A stretch of 42,993 bases of DNA from Octopus sinensis (Eukaryota), in the NCBI RefSeq assembly GCF_006345805.1, contig NW_021832639.1:1-42993 (forward strand). Reading direction: 5' to 3'. Positions within the stretch are counted from its first letter, which is position 1. Every line of letters begins with the position of its first letter. Shown here piece after piece: positions 38,003 to 42,993 of this stretch. Below the pieces are notes generated by a model. It did no database searches. It worked only from the letters and a program-made list of their open reading frames with translations, and was not told the DNA's origin. Position numbers and translations under genes: made by a program.

Positions 38003-38919
38003 GTATATTATATAGATAGATAGATACATAGATAGATAGATAGATTTACACATATGTGTACATACATATATTTATGCATACACATACATACACCCACGCA
38101 CACACACACACATATATATACGTAAATCTATTTGTAAATAATCAGGTCTCTTTAGTATACAAGTGTGCAAGGCGACATTTTATTTATACGAATGTATGTA
38201 TGTATGTATGTATGTATGTATGTATGTATGTATGTATGTATGTATGTATGTATGTATGTATGCATGAATGTATGTATATACGTATGCACATATGCCACAT
38301 GTCTATAAGTGGTTATGTGTTTCCTTTCATTCCAGATAACTCAAATGAAATACGCTCTGGAATGTTTTATAAATTTTCGCTCTTAACACAAATCGATTTT
38401 GTTCTGTGACAGTCTTCCGTGTTCTTTCTGCGGGGAAAAGCCCGGAAGTTTCAGGCTTTTATATAAATCTGTTACTACACAGTCTCCTCGGCCTATGATT
38501 GTAGTTACAAATGTACAAATGAGAATTTATTGCCCAGATAAAAGCGCTTAATCTCTGTATTAGTTTACTGTAGAAGTTCTCTTTTCCACAAATTTAGACA
38601 AGATATTCACATGCGCTGCTCAGTTTCCCTCTACAACGGTGCATTAATTTTATTTAATTTTATGTTGTGACTTACGGAATAATATGAACTTAGTCATGTT
38701 TTACAAGGATTACTTCTTTCATTTGCATTGCACCATAGTCCGATGTTTGTATTTTTTAAGGTACGAATTCATGTTGGTTCCGCCGGAGCTTTGTTATAGC
38801 TGACAGGGCCATACTTGCTACTGGTGGATTCTCCAGTCGTAAATGACCGAAGAACAACACCTTACTAGAGAACCTACACAGAAGATTTGTTTATAATGAT
38901 CAAGTTTTTGAGACTAGAC

Positions 38920-39292
38920 CTTAACCCTTTGAGGGTCGTTGGAGCGCTGCAGTCATACAACGTATCCAGGGCGAGAAAGTCTGGTGGAGCCCATACCTCT
39001 CCAGGCTAAACTCATTTCTACAGTTGCGGAGACTGTAGCAACAGGAAAGGAAGTGTTTTGGTCAAGGACACAGGATCACCAGATCCAGGGATCGAAACCA
39101 CAATCATACATTCATCGGTCACGTGGCCCACACTTTAGCCACTAAGAGACGCGCCTCCGCTCATGGTACTCATTTCTACAGGTGAGTGGACTGGAGCAAC
39201 GTGAAGTGAAGTGTTTTGCTCAAGAACATATTTGACGGTTCAGTCTGCGAATCGAAAGCATGATCTTGAAAAACCGTGATCTAACACCTTAA
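38920..39292 (-). mobile_element. Two adjacent degenerate SINEs with CORE-like segment
   Basis: Reverse complements of the 3526-3775 motifs (gagtggactggagcaacgtgaa, gtgttttgctcaagaaca, atcgaaacc). Confidence 0.7.
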
Positions 39293-39401
39293 AAACTCAC
39301 GTATATACACACACACACATACACACACATATTGACGCATAGATAAGTATAGATACACATATATATATATATATATACCTAAACGTGTGTATATATATAT
39401 A

Positions 39402-39652
39402 TATCACCGTGATCACCGTGACCGACCAGGCTATCAGATGTTGTTACACATCGCTGGTCACAATCGCTTCGCATTGTTTTAGCCTTCAAATGACGCCACC
39501 CCGCTGGCTAAGCGAGCAGGCCAACAGAAGAAAGAAAGAAAGTTGTGGCGAAAGAGTACAGCAGAATCGCCACCCCCCTGCCGGTCTGGGAATCGAAACC
39601 GCGATCCCACGACGCGAGTCCGCTGCCTAAACGACCAGGCCATTGCGCCTCC

Positions 39653-39653
<1 letters not shown>
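39402..39653 (-). mobile_element. tRNA-derived SINE family A, short-tail type with internal deletion
   Basis: Collinear with 5783-6080 but lacking the ccggagcc...acaacgc segment. Confidence 0.9.
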
Positions 39654-39684
<31 letters not shown>

Positions 39685-39709
39685 ATATATATATATTATT
39701 ATATATATA

Positions 39710-39772
<63 letters not shown>

Positions 39773-39801
39773 ATATATATTATATATATATACATATACA
39801 T

Positions 39802-39854
<53 letters not shown>

Positions 39855-39975
39855 TATATATATATAAACTTAATTGGAAGTGGATGCGTGGCGTTCGATC
39901 ATATAATAACAAATTAATAAATAAAACATATGCATATATACATACATATATTACATACCCACATCTATATGTATT

Positions 39976-40311
39976 TATACATGCATATATAGGTACAGGA
40001 CACCAAAAAACAAACGTATAACACAACGAGAAACGAAAACAGAAAAAAACTAAAACATGGAAATGGACTTTTTTAAACAACGAAAAATCAGAGTACAAGA
40101 CATACAACACAAAGAAAAATCCCCTTCTTCAGCTGCCCCTGCTTCGACTACTCTGTGTTTCGAAGGGGAATTTTCCTTCTATTGTATGTCTTGTACTCTG
40201 TTTTTCCGTTGTTTAAAAAAGTCCGTTTCCATGTTATAGTTTTTATGTTTTCGTTTCTCGTTGTGTTCTACGTTTTTTTTTTTGTGTCCTGTGCCCATAT
40301 ATGCATGTATA
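39976..40311. repeat. Long imperfect inverted repeat (~150-bp arms, 34-bp spacer)
   Basis: Arms 39976-40127 and 40162-40311, e.g. cagagtacaagacatacaa / ttgtatgtcttgtactctg. Confidence 0.9.
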
Positions 40312-40626
40312 TATGTCTTGCATTTGGTGGGGCTGTATTTTCTTTACACTGATACTGCCTAATTAATATGACATATGTTTTCGTTTCTCGTGTTCTACGT
40401 TTTTTGTGTGTGTCCTGTGCCCATATATGCATGTATATATGTCTTGCATTTGGTGGGGCTGTATTTTCTTTACACTGATACTGCCTAATTAATATGAAAT
40501 ATGTTTTCGTTTCTCGTGTTCTACGTTTTTTGTGTGTGTCCTGTGCCCATATATGCGTGTATATATGTCTTGCATTTGGTGGGGCTGTATTTTCTTTACA
40601 CTGATACTGCCTAATTAATATGACAT
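40245..40626. repeat. Tandem repeat, 3 x ~126-130 bp
   Basis: atgttttcgtttctcg starts at 40245, 40375 and 40501. Confidence 0.95.
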
Positions 40627-40947
40627 ATCATATTAAGACGCCGAGGTTGCAGGATTGTTAGCACGTCGGAAAAAAACGCTTAACTCGATTTCGTCCGTCT
40701 GTACGTGCTGAGATCAAAGTACGACGAGATCCACTCTTACCTTTCATTCTTTCGGTGTCGACAAAATAAATTCCAACTGAGTATTGGTGTTGATGCAATT
40801 CCCTTTACATTTCTCCTCCAAAACTGCTGATTGTGTGCCCAATGTTTGAGAACTATATTTCATATACAAATGTGTTGCAAAGAGAATATATTACCGAAAA
40901 AAGGTGATATGAAATTGGGATAGCTAGGCGGGACACTAATGAAACGA

Positions 40948-41171
40948 TACTCTTTACTCTTTACTCTTTTACTTGTTTCAGTCATTTGACTGCGGCCATG
41001 CTGGAGCACCACCTTTAGTCGAGCAAATCGACCTCGGGACTTATTCTTTGTAAACCCAGTACTTATTCTATCGGTCTGTTTTGCCGAACCGCTAAGTGAC
41101 GGGGACGTAAACACACCAGCATCGGTGTCAAGCATGCAAGGGGGACAAACACAGACACACAACACACACAT

Positions 41172-41225
<54 letters not shown>

Positions 41226-41392
41226 TATAACATATATACGACAGGCTTCTTTCAGTTTCCGTTCTACCAAATCCACTCACAAGGCATGGTCGGCCCGAGG
41301 CTATAACAGAAGACACATGCCCAAGGTGCCACGCAGTGGGACTGAACACGGAACCATGTGGTTGGTTAGCAAGCTACTTACCAAACAGCCAC
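40948..41392 (-). mobile_element. SINE family C copy
   Basis: Reverse-collinear with 28444-28869. Confidence 0.9.
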
Positions 41393-41512
41393 TATAAAAT
41401 TTTTTTTTAAATCTCTATTTCAATTTAGCCTGAATGCCAAGTGAAAACAGTTCGCAGCTGACGAACGCAGTGGCACAAAACTCGTGTCTCGGGAAAACCG
41501 AATTAGTTCAAA

Positions 41513-41698
41513 CTAGCAGTATAACCCGGCCTTGCCCGGGATTAAGTTACGATTATTAAGCTAATCAAGTTCTTTATTTCAAACCAAACTAAGTAATATA
41601 GACGTCAAATTTGGGCGAAATCCGTGAAATTAGTTATATTATAATACTATATATATAATATATATATAATTAATATAATATATATATATAATATAGAT
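41513..41698 (-). mobile_element. Short non-autonomous Helitron (3' end clear, 5' end uncertain)
   Basis: The minus strand ends cccgggcaaggccggg-ttatactg-CTAG|T. Confidence 0.5.
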
Positions 41699-41743
41699 AT
41701 ATATATATAATAATATATTATATATATATATATATATATGATA

Positions 41744-42913
41744 TCTTATTATAAAAGGCAGATTTTATCTGCCTCCTTTGGGAGTTATACAAATCTACAA
41801 TATAGGATTTTTCAATTACAATTACCTAGCATTTTTAAGAGTACAATGCATCGCGTCATGCCAGGTCAAGTTTTAAAATTTAAACTCCAATTAAGCAAAA
41901 TTTACAGAAAACTCACATTCTGGTGTGTGTGTCAAATGCTTTTCTTAGTTGGTTTACACCACACGCAAACGCACACACACAGTGTGCAACGAATAAAATG
42001 AAAAGTAAATAGCGACAGAGTGAGTGATTGTTGTTTCTGTCTATCACGCTGATAGATACATGAGTAAAATGTATGGGAAGCTAACAGATAAAAGTGAGTG
42101 AAAATGTTCTTGGAAGAGAGTAAATTAGGACAGAGTGATTGAGGAAGACTAAACTGAAAGTATGAAAACAGTGTTATGTATAAACAGACGACACTTATAT
42201 AAACCCTTTCGTTACCAAACCGCCCGAATTTACCTATTCTATTTAAATGAGAATATCAGAGTAAATCTCTTTAGTACATCGTGAAAACACGTATATACTT
42301 CGTAAACACTTCAAATACAGTTTTGTACAAAAATCGAAGTGTAATTTAATTCCGTGAATTATGGGAGATTTTTTCCGAAATTTGTTCTATTGTGTTTCAA
42401 AATTTGTAATTCTGACAAAAAATGGATACGAATTTCATTATATCAAGCAGCGAGTCAGATCTCGAAGGATTTCTACTGAGGACCTTCATAAATCTAACTC
42501 TATGACTGAAAAAAAGAAGCATCTTTATATAAGAGTGAGTTGGTTTCTGTTCCCTTCGATTTAGATTCGTAACTACTCCCACATTTTGCGGTTGCAGTTT
42601 AACCAAAAGCGGGTATCTTATAGTCGTGATTCATATCGAGCCCTTCTGGGTATTAGCGCGCGTCTACGATGAGTCTACGATTTTAAAAAATTTACCATCA
42701 TATTTTTCCATTTTAATGCATTTTTCGCTTTTAATAAGGGAAGTAACTCTCTAAAAATATCTACGAGTGTCAACGATCTAAAAAAAAATTTACCATAATT
42801 TTTTTCAATTTTTAATGGCATTTTTTTGCTATTTTTTGGCTAAAAACTCTCTAAAAATGCTTATATAGTTATTTCCCTTACAAACCCGAGCAACGCCGGG
42901 CGATTACTGCTAC
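41744..42913 (+). mobile_element. Non-autonomous Helitron
   Basis: Starts A|TCTTATTATAAAAG; ends with the hairpin cccgagcaacgccggg (42885-42900) then attactgCTAC. Internal ~97-bp duplication at 42663-42858. Confidence 0.6.
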
Positions 42914-42993
42914 GCATTATATATAATATATATGGGCAACAGACACAACACACAATATACACACGTACGTACGTACACCTATTGCATGTTTTG

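Noticed and set aside
42201-42615. piggyBac-like MITE starting aaccctttcgttacc
   Set aside because: No matching right TIR or TTAA duplication was found.

Overview
This is AT-rich, microsatellite-dense, non-genic eukaryotic DNA. The repeat families suggest a cephalopod (Octopus-like) genome, which is an inference. I find no credible host gene exon; nearly all listed ORFs are translations of simple repeats. The window is a mosaic of decayed mobile DNA: several tRNA-derived SINE families, a restriction-like-endonuclease (R4/Dong-type) LINE, a Penelope-like RT remnant, a hAT-like DNA transposon, two Tc1/mariner derivatives and non-autonomous Helitrons. The most interesting signals are non-coding. 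(1) A type I hammerhead ribozyme with a perfect catalytic core lies on the minus strand at 32857-32920, inside a 477-bp partial tandem unit. (2) A five-copy 184/185-bp tandem array (about 4546-5456) carries a variant hammerhead-like fold in every unit, resembling a retrozyme or Penelope pseudo-LTR. (3) Further minimal hammerhead-like motifs from other families are present. (4) An apparent ~9.6-kb inversion splits one LINE RT in two and leaves a ~0.6-kb inverted duplication at its breakpoints. Coordinates were read by eye and may be off by a few bases; family names come from motif recognition, not database searches.
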